Shown here piece by piece: positions 1-10,799 of a stretch of 40,933 nucleotides of DNA. The notes beneath the pieces are model-generated. The model had not been told where the DNA came from. It ran no database searches and was given only the letters and a program-made list of their open reading frames with translations. The stretch covers positions 20,529,264-20,570,196 of the forward strand of contig NC_069005.1 in NCBI RefSeq assembly GCF_001194135.2. Reading direction: 5' to 3'. Numbering within the stretch: position 1 is the stretch's first letter; each line of letters opens with the position of its first letter. The translations under genes were made by a program, and so were the position numbers. This stretch comes from Octopus bimaculoides. Its lineage: Eukaryota.

Positions 1-223
1 GGCACATAAAAGACACCATTTTGAGCGTGGCCGTTTTCGTGCGGGTGACACGTAAAAGCACCCACTACACTCTCTGAGTGGTTGGCGTTAGGAAGGGCAT
101 CCAGCTGTAGAAACTCTGCCAAATTAGATTGGAGCCTGGTGTTGCCATCTGGTTTCACCAGTCCTCAGTCAAATCGTCCAACCCATGCTAGCATGGAAAG
201 CGGACGTTAAACGATGATGATGA
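1..223 (+). mobile_element. SINE / RTE-LINE 3'-tail family ('family B'), left-truncated copy with (GAT)n tail
   Basis: Motif ttaggaagggcatccagctgtagaaa...ccatgctagcatggaaagcggacgttaaacgatgatgatgat recurs about 10 times in the window. At 27123-27635 it follows an RTE ORF2 C-terminus. Confidence 0.75.
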
Positions 224-500
224 TATATATATAATTTGCAAGGATTTTGAAATTGCTGGTTTGGTGCCCAAGTGCATATTTAGGGTAACCAGGTGGGTTG
301 GACTTTAAGCTGTGAAGCTGTGGTGATGGTAACAAATATAGAAGATGGAGAACTCTTATAGAAAAGCCTGGGGGACAATTTTATTCATTGAGTTTGTGGC
401 AAATATTTGCACCAACTTTCTGCTTCTAAAATTTGTGGCTGGCCCTGCACAAACCTTCACCACTGAACTCATCATCTGTGTGAGAAGTCTAACAGCTTTA

Positions 501-702
501 ATATTGATTTCAAGTTTTGGCACAAGGCCAGCAATTTAGCAGGAGTGGGTAAGTCAATTAAATTGCTACCTGTGCTCAAACGGTGCTTATTTAATTGACC
601 CTGAAAGGATGAAAGGCAAAGTCGACCTTCGTGGAATTTGAACTCAGAAGCATAGCGGTAGATGAAATGCTGCTAAGCATTTTGCCTGGTAGCTTGCCAC
701 CT
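501..702 (-). mobile_element. tRNA-derived SINE ('family A')
   Basis: Reverse complement of the family A copy at 5275-5490. Shared core tcatcctttc.gggtc.ataaaataagtacc and B-box gagttcaaattc. Confidence 0.75.
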
Positions 703-712
703 TCATTGCTTC

Positions 713-936
713 AATAATATTGGTTTCAAATTTTGGCACAAGGCCTGCACATTTTGGCGCCGGGTGTAAGTCGATTACATCAGTCCCAGTGCTCAACTCG
801 TACTTATTTTATCAACTCTGAAAGAATGAAAGGCAAAGTTGACCTTGGTGGAATTTGAACTCAGAATGTAAAGATGGTTGAAATGCCACTAAGCATTTTG
901 TCTGGCATGCTAACAATCCTTCCATCTCACTGCCTT
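713..936 (-). mobile_element. tRNA-derived SINE (family A), tandem to the previous copy
   Basis: Same core and A/B-box head as 501-702 and 5275-5490. Confidence 0.75.
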
Positions 937-1265
937 CCAACAGCTACAATTTTAACTGTTAGATCTTCATGTATTGGACTCAGCAGGAGAGTCCATTATA
1001 TATACTAGATGAGCTTCTGCTCAGTTTCTGTCAACTAACTTCAGTAAATTCACTTGCAAGTTATTGGTCGACTCAGGTCTATGTTAGAAGGCATTTGCCC
1101 ATGGTGTTGTACAGCGGAATTGGTCAGAGAAATGTAATGACTGAAATGTGGTGTTAGAAAAGTTGAGTAGATATCCACTTCCTGAAAGTGGAGATGGTAA
1201 AGAATAAAAAAAAAAAAAAAATTGAGGTGTTAACAAGTTAAGTGGTGATCATTGTTTTATTTCAG

Positions 1266-1423
1266 ATGAACTCGTGTTCAGATTCAACCAGATCAATGTT
1301 GATTACACATTTCCAAAGAAAATTCAAGAAGTCTTCCCCAGGGGTCCTTTGTCTGTAGATGCTGCAGTGACCTTCAGTAAAAATCGAAAGAAAGCAGCCC
1401 TTGGTAGCACATACCTGATAAAA
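1266..1423 (+). CDS. Hemopexin-repeat protein (probable matrix metalloproteinase C-terminal domain), first exon visible in the window
   Basis: Acceptor tttcag|AT (phase 1), donor AAA|gtgagt (phase 0). Encodes xELVFRFNQINVDYTFPKKIQEVFPRGPLSVDAAVTFSKNRKKAALGSTYLIK, matching the hemopexin-blade consensus (YP..I...F.G.P..VDAA....TY..K). Confidence 0.88.
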
Positions 1424-1625
1424 GTGAGTTGGCCTATTTATTGTTTTCTTTTGTTTGTTTATTTTTTTTACTATTATTATTTTTTTTTTGTTGATGTCTA
1501 GCCAAAAGTGATCCAGATTCCTTATGGCATGTTGGTCATTGGTCAAACAATTAACAGCAATTCAAAGGACACATTAAAATGGACTGACACACAGTGTGTT
1601 CTGTTGTAAGCACAAAGCAACACAT

Positions 1626-1800
1626 GTGAGGGGGCACTGAAAAATTCCTAGCTTTAAAGGTATCGTGAAATGCCTGGTTGGAGGCCCAAACTTGAGTTCT
1701 TTTACAGGGCTTAGAAAAACTGAAGACTTCTATTCTTACCAATTGATGTTAAGATCAGAACAATCAAATCAATTACACATGTAACATGATCTATTTCAGC
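1626..1800 (+). mobile_element. Mariner-type MITE fragment (same family as 29374-30017)
   Basis: TIR-like gagggggcactgaaaaattcctagc and internal ttttacagggcttagaaaaactgaag shared with 29374-30017. Confidence 0.55.
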
Positions 1801-2544
1801 AATATCTGTTGCTTGCTTGTGAGTTTGGAAGCAGCAACAATTTATTCATTTCAACATCAACAAAAAATTACACAGTGCATATTGTTTCCCCTGAGGTGTT
1901 TCAACATTGACAGATTTTCAGTTCAAAATTCTATTATCATTACAATTTGGGTATTTTTTAATAAAATATAGATATTTTGAAATAATTATGAGAATATATC
2001 TTTATATATATTGCTTACTAATCTGAATAAGAACAGCATTAACCTGGAAAACGCTGGGTCAGTAACCTGAATGCTGAAGTGGAATGGAACAAATGGTAAG
2101 GTGATGGACTGTCATCATTATAGAGGAGTGAAGTAACACAGATGGTGGAATGAGGTGCATTATACTAATTTTTTTCCTAAATTTAGTGACATCTTCTTTA
2201 TTTAGGGTTTAGTAAGTGAAGAAAGGACGGTCCCCATTTACACTGCTTTTTATGACTATCAAAACTTGGAGGAGAAAAGAAGGAAGATTGTGATATCATT
2301 ACACTGGGCACCTGTTCGAAATGCTTTCAAAGGAGCAAGCTCTGCTAAGTTCAACCAAGGGTCAGGTGGTGGTGTTACATCAAGTAATAAATTAACATCA
2401 TTATGTCACCTATGCAGACTATTTGGCAGTTTTCTGAATAGTCTCTGTCTACTTAATCTTACAAGTTTTGGGGGGTCAACTTAAAGCCAGGGTCAAAGAC
2501 ACCTATTGAAGGTGTTGCACTTGTCATTGTTGTTGTCGTTGTCG

Positions 2545-2550
2545 TCGTCG

Positions 2551-2584
<34 letters not shown>

Positions 2585-2810
2585 TTAATGTCTATTTTCC
2601 AAGCTGGCATGAGTTAGATGGTTTGACTGGAGATGGTAAGCCACAGAGCTGCATCAGGCTCCAGTCTGTTTTGGCTTGGTTTCTACAGCTACTCTATGGA
2701 GTGTATTGGGTGCTTTTCATGTGTCACTAGCATGAGTGCCTTTTTATGTGCCACTGGCATGAGTGCCTTTTACATGTCACTGGTACTAGTCACAACTTCC
2801 TGTAGAATTG
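2545..2810 (-). mobile_element. Family B SINE/RTE tail with (ATC)n tail on the left
   Basis: tcatcatcatttaatgtctattttccaagctggcatgag... is the reverse complement of the family B 3' end. Confidence 0.65.
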
Positions 2811-2926
2811 AACTCAGATTGTCCATGATTACAAAGCAAACTTTTTAACTACTGGGCTCTATAAAAAAATGTATATTGAGTTGTTATATAAGCTGTTTTT
2901 ACTTTTTTTATCTCTTTCCTTTTAAG

Positions 2927-3074
2927 GGCAACCTAGTTTGGCGCTACAGACACACAGAGGACGGTTTCCAACTGGAACATTTCTATCCAAAACCCTGGGC
3001 CAAAGAATGGGATGTAACTGGTACCAAAATTGAATCAGCCTTTAAATTAGGCCGGAAAATCTACCTGTTAATTG
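2927..3074 (+). CDS. Hemopexin-repeat protein (probable MMP), penultimate exon
   Basis: Strong pyrimidine tract tctctttccttttaag|GGC (phase 0), donor ATT G|gtgagt (phase 1). Joining gives TYLIK|GNLVWRYRHTEDGFQLEHFYPKPWAKEWDVTGTKIESAFKLGRKIYLLI, a canonical blade (KG..VWRY...YPK....W). Confidence 0.9.
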
Positions 3075-3569
3075 GTGAGTGACTTTTGCATTAATTCTTA
3101 GCAGTTCTGATTCTATATTTGATGTTGTCGTTATTGTTGTTGATGGAGCCTGTCGTATATACATGTATGTGTGTGTGTGTGTGTGTGTGTATGTGTGTGT
3201 ATGCTTGTGATCTCCCCTGGCACTACTACTTGTCAACTGGCATTTCAGCAAAGGAGACCAGTAGAATAAGTACCAGACTTCTAAGTACAGAGGGTTATTT
3301 GTTTGAGTGGACCCTACATGGCAGTGCCCCAGTATGGCCACAGTCTAAAGACTAAAACAAATAAAAGATAAAAGATGCTCTTAGATACTTCATGCATCAC
3401 AATAGTGCATTGTGGTTGACTCTTTGAGAACCATGGACATAGAGGTTTCCTCATTGGCTCATTCCACCGGGAGAGAAACAGATGGTAAGAAAGTAAATAC
3501 TAGTCATGTACTGAGATCACTTCCTGTCCCTCTCTTATGCTTTAACCACTCAACACCTGGCACTAAGTC

Positions 3570-3607
<38 letters not shown>

Positions 3608-4049
3608 TGCAGCCTAACTTTGCCAAAGGATCTTGTCTTGCGAATTACTTGGTAATCCCACTAGTGCTGGTGCCACAAAAAGAGCACCCCGTACACACTT
3701 TGTTAAGTGATTGGCATTAGGAAGGGCATTTAGACATGGAAACCCTGCCAAAGCAGACATTGGAATCTAAAACAGATCTCTATTGGGTTGAATGCTGTTG
3801 AACCATCTGACCCATGGAATATGAACATGAAGTGATGATGCAAGATGATGATGATGATGATGCACGAAATGTGGAGATTTTCATAGAAAAATTTAAAAAG
3901 AAAATAATAATAATAATAATAATGATAATAATAATAACAACAACAACAACAACAATAATGATACTGCATAAAGTAATTGCTCTTCATATAGTAGGTACTT
4001 AATTTCAATTACTAGATAAGCTATGAAATTACACTGACTTAAATGTTGA

Positions 4050-4130
4050 ATTTATTTACTTTTGCTTTAAAGTGAAAGAGATGAGAAAGTGAAAGGTGTA
4101 TAAACATGTATATGAAATAGACGTGTGTGT

Positions 4131-4165
<35 letters not shown>

Positions 4166-4391
4166 TGCCACTTACACACACATGTTCACTCACTCTTTCT
4201 CTCTCTCACACACACACACATACATGTACATACAAAAAAGATATATGCATATGTATTGATGTATGTACGTATACATGACAACACACCCCTTCACTCACTT
4301 TCTCTCTCTCTTTCACATGCACACATCCATTTCATATACATACATCTTTCACTTTCTCCTCTCTTTCACTTTAAAACAAAAGTAAATAAAT
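4050..4391. repeat. Imperfect inverted repeat / foldback element enclosing (GA)n, (CA)n and (TC)n tracts
   Basis: atttatttacttttgctttaaagtgaaagag (from 4050) is the near-perfect reverse complement of ctctttcactttaaaacaaaagtaaataaat (to 4391). Similarity continues inward for about 85 nt. Confidence 0.8.
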
Positions 4392-5020
4392 AAAATTTTT
4401 TTACAGAAATTAATGAACTCTGGATAACAGTTCTGAGAGTCAAAGTGAAAGATCGCCATTCACTTGAAAATAATTAAAAAACATCGAAATATTGTCTGTT
4501 TAAAGAAAGCTAAAATATAAATACTTACTGTAAGAAAAACTTACGTTTTTGAAATCACATTCAGTTAAAAATATTTCTAAATGATTAAAATATTATGTAT
4601 GTCAAAAAGTCAATGTTTTTTTTCTTAGAGAGCATGAAAACTATGTGTGTGTATATGTCACAGATAGTAGATGTGTGTTTGTGTTGATTGACACATCATG
4701 ACATTCTTTATATGTGTGTTGACATCACAGAAGTTATGTCTTTTTCATCAAGAAATAACAAACAAAAACTGTGTTTAATCGTTTTCATTAATAAATAGAG
4801 GTCCAAATATCACAAAAATTTGTACTGCACTGCCGAAGGTAAGTATGAAAATAAATATTAAAAAAAAATTAAGATAAAATATACTATTTCTAAGATATTT
4901 CGGTTACACACAAACATCTCTAGAGTTTTAGTATTATTATGATATGTTAACCACAACTATACTTAATTCTTCATTTCAAGAAACACATGGTATATTTCTG
5001 AAATCATTAATAAGTATTTA

Positions 5021-5232
5021 AAATTTTGGCTCAAGACCAACAATTTTGAGGGGAGGGGAAGTAAATTACATCAACCTCCTGTACTCAGATGATACTTATT
5101 TTATCACCCTCTAAAGGACTGAAAGGCAAAGTTGACTGTGGCAAGATTTGAACTCAGTATCTAGTGAGTTAGAAGAAATACTACTTGGCATTTTGTCTGG
5201 TACACTAACATTTCTGCCAGCTCCACTGCCTT
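5021..5232 (-). mobile_element. tRNA-derived SINE (family A)
   Basis: Reverse-complement homologue of 5275-5490. Confidence 0.75.
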
Positions 5233-5274
5233 TCAAACTATTTATAATAAAGACAATACTGTTAAGTTATTGCT

Positions 5275-5490
5275 AAGGCAGTAAGCTGGCAGAGTCATTA
5301 GCACGCCGGGCAAACTGCTTAGCAGCATTTTGTCTGTCTTTACATTCTGAGTTCAAATTCTGCCAAGGTTAACTTTGTCTTTCATCCTTTTGAGGTTGAT
5401 AAAATAAGTATCAGTCAAGCACTGGGGGTCAATGTAATTGACCTACCCCCTCCCCCAAAATTGATGGCCTTGCGCTAAAATTTGAAACCA
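5275..5490 (+). mobile_element. tRNA-derived SINE (family A), full length, (AAT)n-like tail
   Basis: Head aaggcagtaagctggcagagtcattag (A-box-like), gagttcaaattc (B-box), core ctttcatccttttgaggttgataaaataagta, ending ttgaaaccaataataa. Confidence 0.8.
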
Positions 5491-5551
5491 ATAATAAGTT
5501 ATTCCAACAATGATTTACAACTAACTTTCTCTTAATTTTCTCCAATCTTAG

Positions 5552-5859
5552 ACAATCGAATCTGGTTGTTGAAAGGCAAGAAATCTCGTCAACGGAAGTA
5601 TCATGAGAAGAAGCGAATTAAACTGTTTAACCAGCTACCAGACTTCCAGGCTGCAGTACAATGGATCAACAGGAATACCTATTTCTTTACTGGCAGCGAG
5701 TATTACAGAGCTGACTTGCCAGCACAGAGGAGACGTTATGTACTGAATGGACCGAGAGATACAGCATATTGGTGGTTTGGCTGTAATGAAATACCACACA
5801 TACGGCAACCTTTTGAAGATAAAGGTGATAATGGGTGGGATCTTGAACTGACTAAATAA
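5552..5859 (+). CDS. Hemopexin-repeat protein (probable MMP), terminal exon with stop codon
   Basis: Acceptor tctccaatcttag|AC completes G|AC=Asp (phase 1). Encodes DNRIWLLKGKK...FQAAVQWINRNTYFFTGSEYYRAD...GPRDTAYWWFGCNEIPH...LTK*. TYFFTG.EYYR and the terminal WFGC are typical of the last blade of MMP hemopexin domains. Confidence 0.9.
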
Positions 5860-6052
5860 ATGGATGAGTGAATAAATGGAGTAGATGACTGAATGGGTAG
5901 ATGGGTAGAAGGGTGGGTAAGCTGAATGGTGGTGTAGTTGGATGGCAGTGTAGGTGCATGGATGAATGAAGAGACACATAGCATACAAACATGCATACAT
6001 ATTTTAGCAGGTATATACACAACTATATTACCAAATGAATAGATACACTGAC

Positions 6053-6098
<46 letters not shown>

Positions 6099-6564
6099 AA
6101 GAGTGAGAGGTAGAAATTTTGATAAACAAAATTAGATTTGACACATATACACATACATATGTATATACATATATATCAATTTAAATGCACAACTGAAAGA
6201 GCTACTAATAGTTTCATGCTTTTATGATACCTGAGCAGGCATATTTATAAAATATGTCATGTACCTTAAAGCAATCTTTCAGGCTCTGTCTATGCATTAT
6301 ATATATATTTTAAAAACAAGGATGCTAGACAGTAAGAAAATAAGAATAAACATGGAAGAAATGTTAAGAAGGTTGGTGCCAAAAATGGAACGAGAAAAAA
6401 GAAATGAAATCAAGAAAACTAAGATCCTCATCCTCTCTAATTGCAGAAAGCTCATTAAATACAATTAATTTAGAACAAAATAACTGAAAATATGTCAATG
6501 TCTGCATGACAGCAACTCAATCCAGAGTGGGTGGTGCCCTTCAATTTGATAAAAAAAATAAAAA

Positions 6565-6775
6565 AAACCTGTCCTTGCTAAAAGCTTCAGATCTTGAATT
6601 AAGCAGTGTGTTGAAATTGCTGGATCTAAGAAGAATATGAGATCTTTCTGCTATGCATAAGTTGCATTTCTTAGATCCATTAACATATGGCTTGGATTTC
6701 TTCACTATTTTCCACTTAATTGTAAGTTGCTCTTCAAATTCCATACATGGCTAGCCAACTTAGATGCACTGTCAT
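6565..6775 (-). mobile_element. Penelope-like element, GIY-YIG endonuclease C-terminal fragment (frameshifted)
   Basis: Two frames give DSASKLASHVWNLKSN / IKWKIVKKSKPYVNGSKKCNLCIAERSHILL...LLNSRSEAFSK. This matches the PLE endonuclease tail (L..H.W.LK...I.W.I.....Y.....C.LC..E...I....LN.R.E). Confidence 0.75.
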
Positions 6776-7384
6776 ATATACAAACAAACGTACAGGTAAG
6801 AGTGATAGATAAATAGTTAAGTAAGAGGCATATATAGTTAAACCATCTCAGCATTCTTCCCTCCAGAAAAAAGGTTTATTAAATTGTCAAGGTATGAATG
6901 ACCCTGGATAACCTGAAATACAGAGGTTCCTAACTTTAAAAAGTAATTGAAAATTTAGAAGTAATAATAAATTGACATTTTTGTATTATGTGTGTGTGTT
7001 TGTTTATATGTATGTGTGTATACATGCATGTGTGTTTGTGAATGTATATGTGTATGTGTGCAGATATATATGTATGTGTATGTCTATTTTATATAAGAAT
7101 GTGTATATCAATGAAAAAATAAAAATAATATCAATTTTTTAGTTTTATTTCAAAGAGAGAACTGGACAATCGAATCTCTCTCACTTGCAGTACGTACTTT
7201 ATATTTGACATTCAGGAAATGCAACAAAAAATAGTCCCAAACTATATATATATAAAAAGAAAAAAGGACCTATTGCTCTGTTTATTAGTCAGTTAAAGGA
7301 ATGAAATTAGCAGCTGAGACTTTCCTGAAATGTGGCACCAAGGAATCCAAAGACACAGTGTTATGATGGTGCATTTTAATATAA

Positions 7385-7427
7385 TTATAACAATAATTTT
7401 AATGATGACGATGATGAAGATGATGAT

Positions 7428-7459
<32 letters not shown>

Positions 7460-7658
7460 CGACGACGACGACGATGATGATGATATGATGTTGATGATGA
7501 TATGATGTTGATGATGATGATGATATGATGTTGATGATGATTTCTTTTATTGGCCACAAGGTCCCTTGTGGACAATATAAAAGTATGAAATACAACACAC
7601 ACAAAAAAGATAATAATAATGATGAGGATGATGATGATGATGATGATAATAATAATAA

Positions 7659-7699
<41 letters not shown>

Positions 7700-7740
7700 T
7701 TATAATCATAAAAATTATAATAATAAAACTTATAATAAAA
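7385..7740. repeat. Compound trinucleotide microsatellites (GAT/GAC/TAA) with a thrice-repeated gatatgatgttgatgat unit
   Basis: Direct reading; explains the homopolymeric ORFs in the ORF track. Confidence 0.9.
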
Positions 7741-8037
7741 GTGAATACTGTAAATTCTGTTTGATTTGTTTTTCTAAGTTGGAGGTGGAAGGGCCATTTT
7801 TTTTCAGAGTATTTGAGACAAGTAGGACAGAAAAAGCTATCTTGAAACTGAAGACCTGACTGAAATGTAAGCAACAAAATGAGATCCCATAAATCAGGTG
7901 GTTGTATAAAACTGAAGGAGTTAAGTAATAATAAAAATTGTTTTTCTTTTTCCTATTTTCCAGAACATTGGAAGGGGAGACATAATAGGGACAAATTATA
8001 GATAATAATAATAATAAGAAGAAGAAGAAGAAGAAGA

Positions 8038-8912
8038 ATCAAAGATAAAGCACTCTACAAGAAATTGAAAATGAATGAAACTGAAAATAGGTGGGTAAAG
8101 AAAAGAATGCATGGTCAATTTCATAGGAATGTTGAAGATAAGACAGACAGAGAAAAAAGATGGCTGTGGATGACTAAAAGTGATTTAAAACCAGAAACGG
8201 AGGCTCTAATCTGTGCTGCCCAAGAGCAAGCACTAAGAACAAACTACATAAAATACAGAATAGACAACACAGCAGAGAGTGATAAGTGCAGAATCTGTGG
8301 AGAAAACGGCGAAACCATATGGCATATTACCAGCCAATGTACGCCACTAACCCAGAAGGAATATAAGAGATGCCACGACAATATAGCCAGGCTTGTCCAT
8401 TGGACACTTTGTAACAAGTATGGACTTGACAGAGCAAAAAATTAGTACAACCACAAACCTGAAGGCATCGTCAAAAATAGAAATGCAAAGATCCTATGGG
8501 ATTTTATGATTCAGTGTGACCATGAGATAGAGAATAGGAAGCCAGACATAGTCTTAATTGAGAAAGAAAGCAAACTATGGTGGATCATAGATATAGCATG
8601 CCCAGCTGACACCAAGGTATGAGATAAGGAAGAAAGAAAAGTTGAGATATGACAGGTTAGCTTGGGAAGTAAAGCAGTTGTGGTCGATGAAAAAGGTAGC
8701 AGTAGTACCAATAATTGTTGAAGCCCTGGGAACAGTGAGTAAAAATCTCGAGAAGTATGTGGAACAAATAGGGGCTGCAATAAGGGTGGAGCACTTGCAG
8801 AAAACAGCACTGCTTGGAACTGCTCGAATACTCCGGAAGGTGCTTGAAAAATACGAGGTGTTACCTTAGTTCACTGGTAGTACATCTCCAGCGTTAGAAG
8901 CTGTGCAAAGGC
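8038..8912 (+). mobile_element. 5'-truncated RLE-type non-LTR retrotransposon (R4/Dong-like), dead
   Basis: MHGQF...LKPETEALICAAQEQAL, zinc knuckle CRICG..ETIWHITSQC, HDNIARLVHW, restriction-like endonuclease KPDIVLIE...IIDIACP, and C-terminal VPIIVEALG...LQKTALLGTARILRK. Internal stops and a frameshift; (TAA)n on both flanks. Confidence 0.88.
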
Positions 8913-8944
8913 AATAATAATAATAATAATAATAATAATCCTTT

Positions 8945-9130
8945 CTACTAAAGGCATAAGGCCTGACATTTTGGGAGAGGGGACTAGTCGATTACATCGA
9001 CTCCAGTGTTTCACTGGTATTTAATTTATCGACCCTGAAAGGATGAAAGGCAAAGTTGACCTCAGCGGAATTTGAACTCAGAGCATAAAGATGGAAAAAG
9101 TGTCGCTAAGTATTTTGCCTGGTGTACTAA
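8945..9130 (-). mobile_element. tRNA-derived SINE (family A)
   Basis: gtcgattacatcgactccagtg...gaaaggatgaaaggcaaagttgacctcagcggaatttgaactcag. Confidence 0.75.
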
Positions 9131-10171
9131 TAATAATAATTTGATCTTAACTGATTGGAATTCTTATCATGTACATTGTTTTGTCTTGGTATAAAAGAAT
9201 GGGTTACAGCAAATATTCTGCTCAATATCACAGATTTGCTTCTCAGTTGTTTGACCTTAACCAGTTGAGCATGTCCCTTGGTGACTGACAATATGTGCAT
9301 CTCTGATCATGAGCAGAAGTAGTGGGGAAGCATCATAGCCATGTGTTGAGAGGAATTCTTTGAGGCTTGGATAATTCACCTTTAGAAACATGGGTGTTTC
9401 GTTCAACATCCTTAAACAAACCTTACTCAGGCACCTTTTGTGTGGGATGGGCTATTCAACCTAAAGAAAATTATAACTGGACCCCACCAAGGTCATGCAC
9501 TGTTTATCTTGATGTTGAGCATCACAGAGGAGATGACAAAGGACTTGGACAACTAGCAATATACTGTGCTTGGGAAAATCTGTCCAGCTAACTAAGATCC
9601 ATGTCCATGGCCTCCTCTCTCCCAACACCCCTCATGCTCACCACTGCTGTTTCTCTTCTCCCTTCCATTCTCCCTCATATATCCACTTATCTACCTGCAC
9701 ACCATATGTCCTTTCCCTCCTCCACCTCATGCTGCCACTCTTCTTTCGAAATGTTGTGAACTCACCCACCTACCCACCCTCTCCAATCCCTGGTTCATTT
9801 AACTATTTACCCCACTCTGTAACTTGGGGGTATGGCCCCTACCCCTGCTTTGTCATATCTTTATCATCTTTCTCCCTTCTTTTCCCATTCAAGGTAGCTA
9901 TGTTTCCCTTCTAATGCAAGAAACCTTTTCTGTCCATCAATACTACTACCCCTAGTTGAAGGTCTTGTCCAAAAAGTTACTTGGTTAACTCACTGCTGAT
10001 TGTGTTATATAAAAAGTACCCAGTAAAGTGGTTAGCATTTGGAAAGGTATCCAGCAGTAGAAACCATGCCAAAACAGACAGCAGGACTTGGTGCAGTCTT
10101 CTGATTTGCCAATTCCTGTCAAACCAGCTGACCAGCATGGAAAACAGATGTTAAATGCTACTGGTGGGAGT

Positions 10172-10735
10172 CATCATCATGATCATCATTATTAATATTT
10201 AATGTCTATTTTCCATGCTGGCATGGGTTGGATGGTTTGACCCGGGCTGGAAAGCTGGAGAGCTACACCAGACTCCAGTCTGATTTGGCATGGTTTCTAT
10301 GGCTGGATGCCCTTCTTAATGCCAACCATNNNNNNNNNNNNNNNNNNNNNNNNNNNNNNNNNNNNNNNNNNNNNNNNNNNNNNNNNNNNNNNNNNNNNNN
10401 NNNNNNNNNNNNNNNNNNNNNNNNNNNNNNNNNNNNNNNNNNNNNNNNNNNNNNNNNNNNNNNNNNNNNNNNNNNNNNNNNNNNNNNNNNNNAGCTACAC
10501 CAGACTCCAGTCTGATTTGGCATGGTTTCTATGGCTGGATGCCCTTCTTAATGCCAACCATTGTACAGAGTGTGCTGAGTGCTTTTACATGGCACTGCAT
10601 GGGTGCTATTATGTGTCACTGGATGGACGCTTTTACCTGGCACCCCCACAAGTGTTTTACACCATCAGAAGGATCGGTCTTAACACTTCTGCTGTGAGAC
10701 AAAGGTTTTCTTGAGTACAGCAACTCGCCAGGTAT
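10172..10735 (-). mobile_element. Family B SINE/RTE tail, split by an N-gap with duplicated flanks
   Basis: Family B motifs; 10261-10329 is repeated at 10493-10561 across the gap. Confidence 0.65.
10330..10492. other. Assembly gap (N run)
   Basis: N run. Confidence 0.99.
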
Positions 10736-10799
10736 CTTGGTTCTTTTGTAGGAACACCAAGCAGGTGTATTAGTTTAATGCTTGGGAAGAATGGAAAAG

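Noticed and set aside
2206-2383. Long exon-like ORF GLVSEERTVPIY...GGGVTS with an AG acceptor
   Set aside because: No hemopexin similarity. Its likely donor (2384) is phase 1 while the next exon needs phase 0, and direct 1423->2927 splicing gives a perfect blade.
4799-4838. Strong donor AAG|GTAAGT suggesting a small extra exon
   Set aside because: The acceptor has no pyrimidine tract, 38 or 40 nt would break the frame, and 3074->5552 already joins correctly.
7293-7877. Long ORFs rich in I/S/H/D runs, and similar ORFs at 3730-4393, 32077, 35900-36857, 38510, 39355 and 40316
   Set aside because: Translations of microsatellites, not genes (apart from the real exon 2 embedded in the 35900 ORF).
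9945-9985. ccctagttgaaggtcttgtccaaaaagttac resembling a decayed PLE hammerhead
   Set aside because: Both core segments are broken and stems cannot be supported.
10261-10561. Identical 69-bp direct repeat on both sides of a gap
   Set aside because: Typical unmerged contig overlap.
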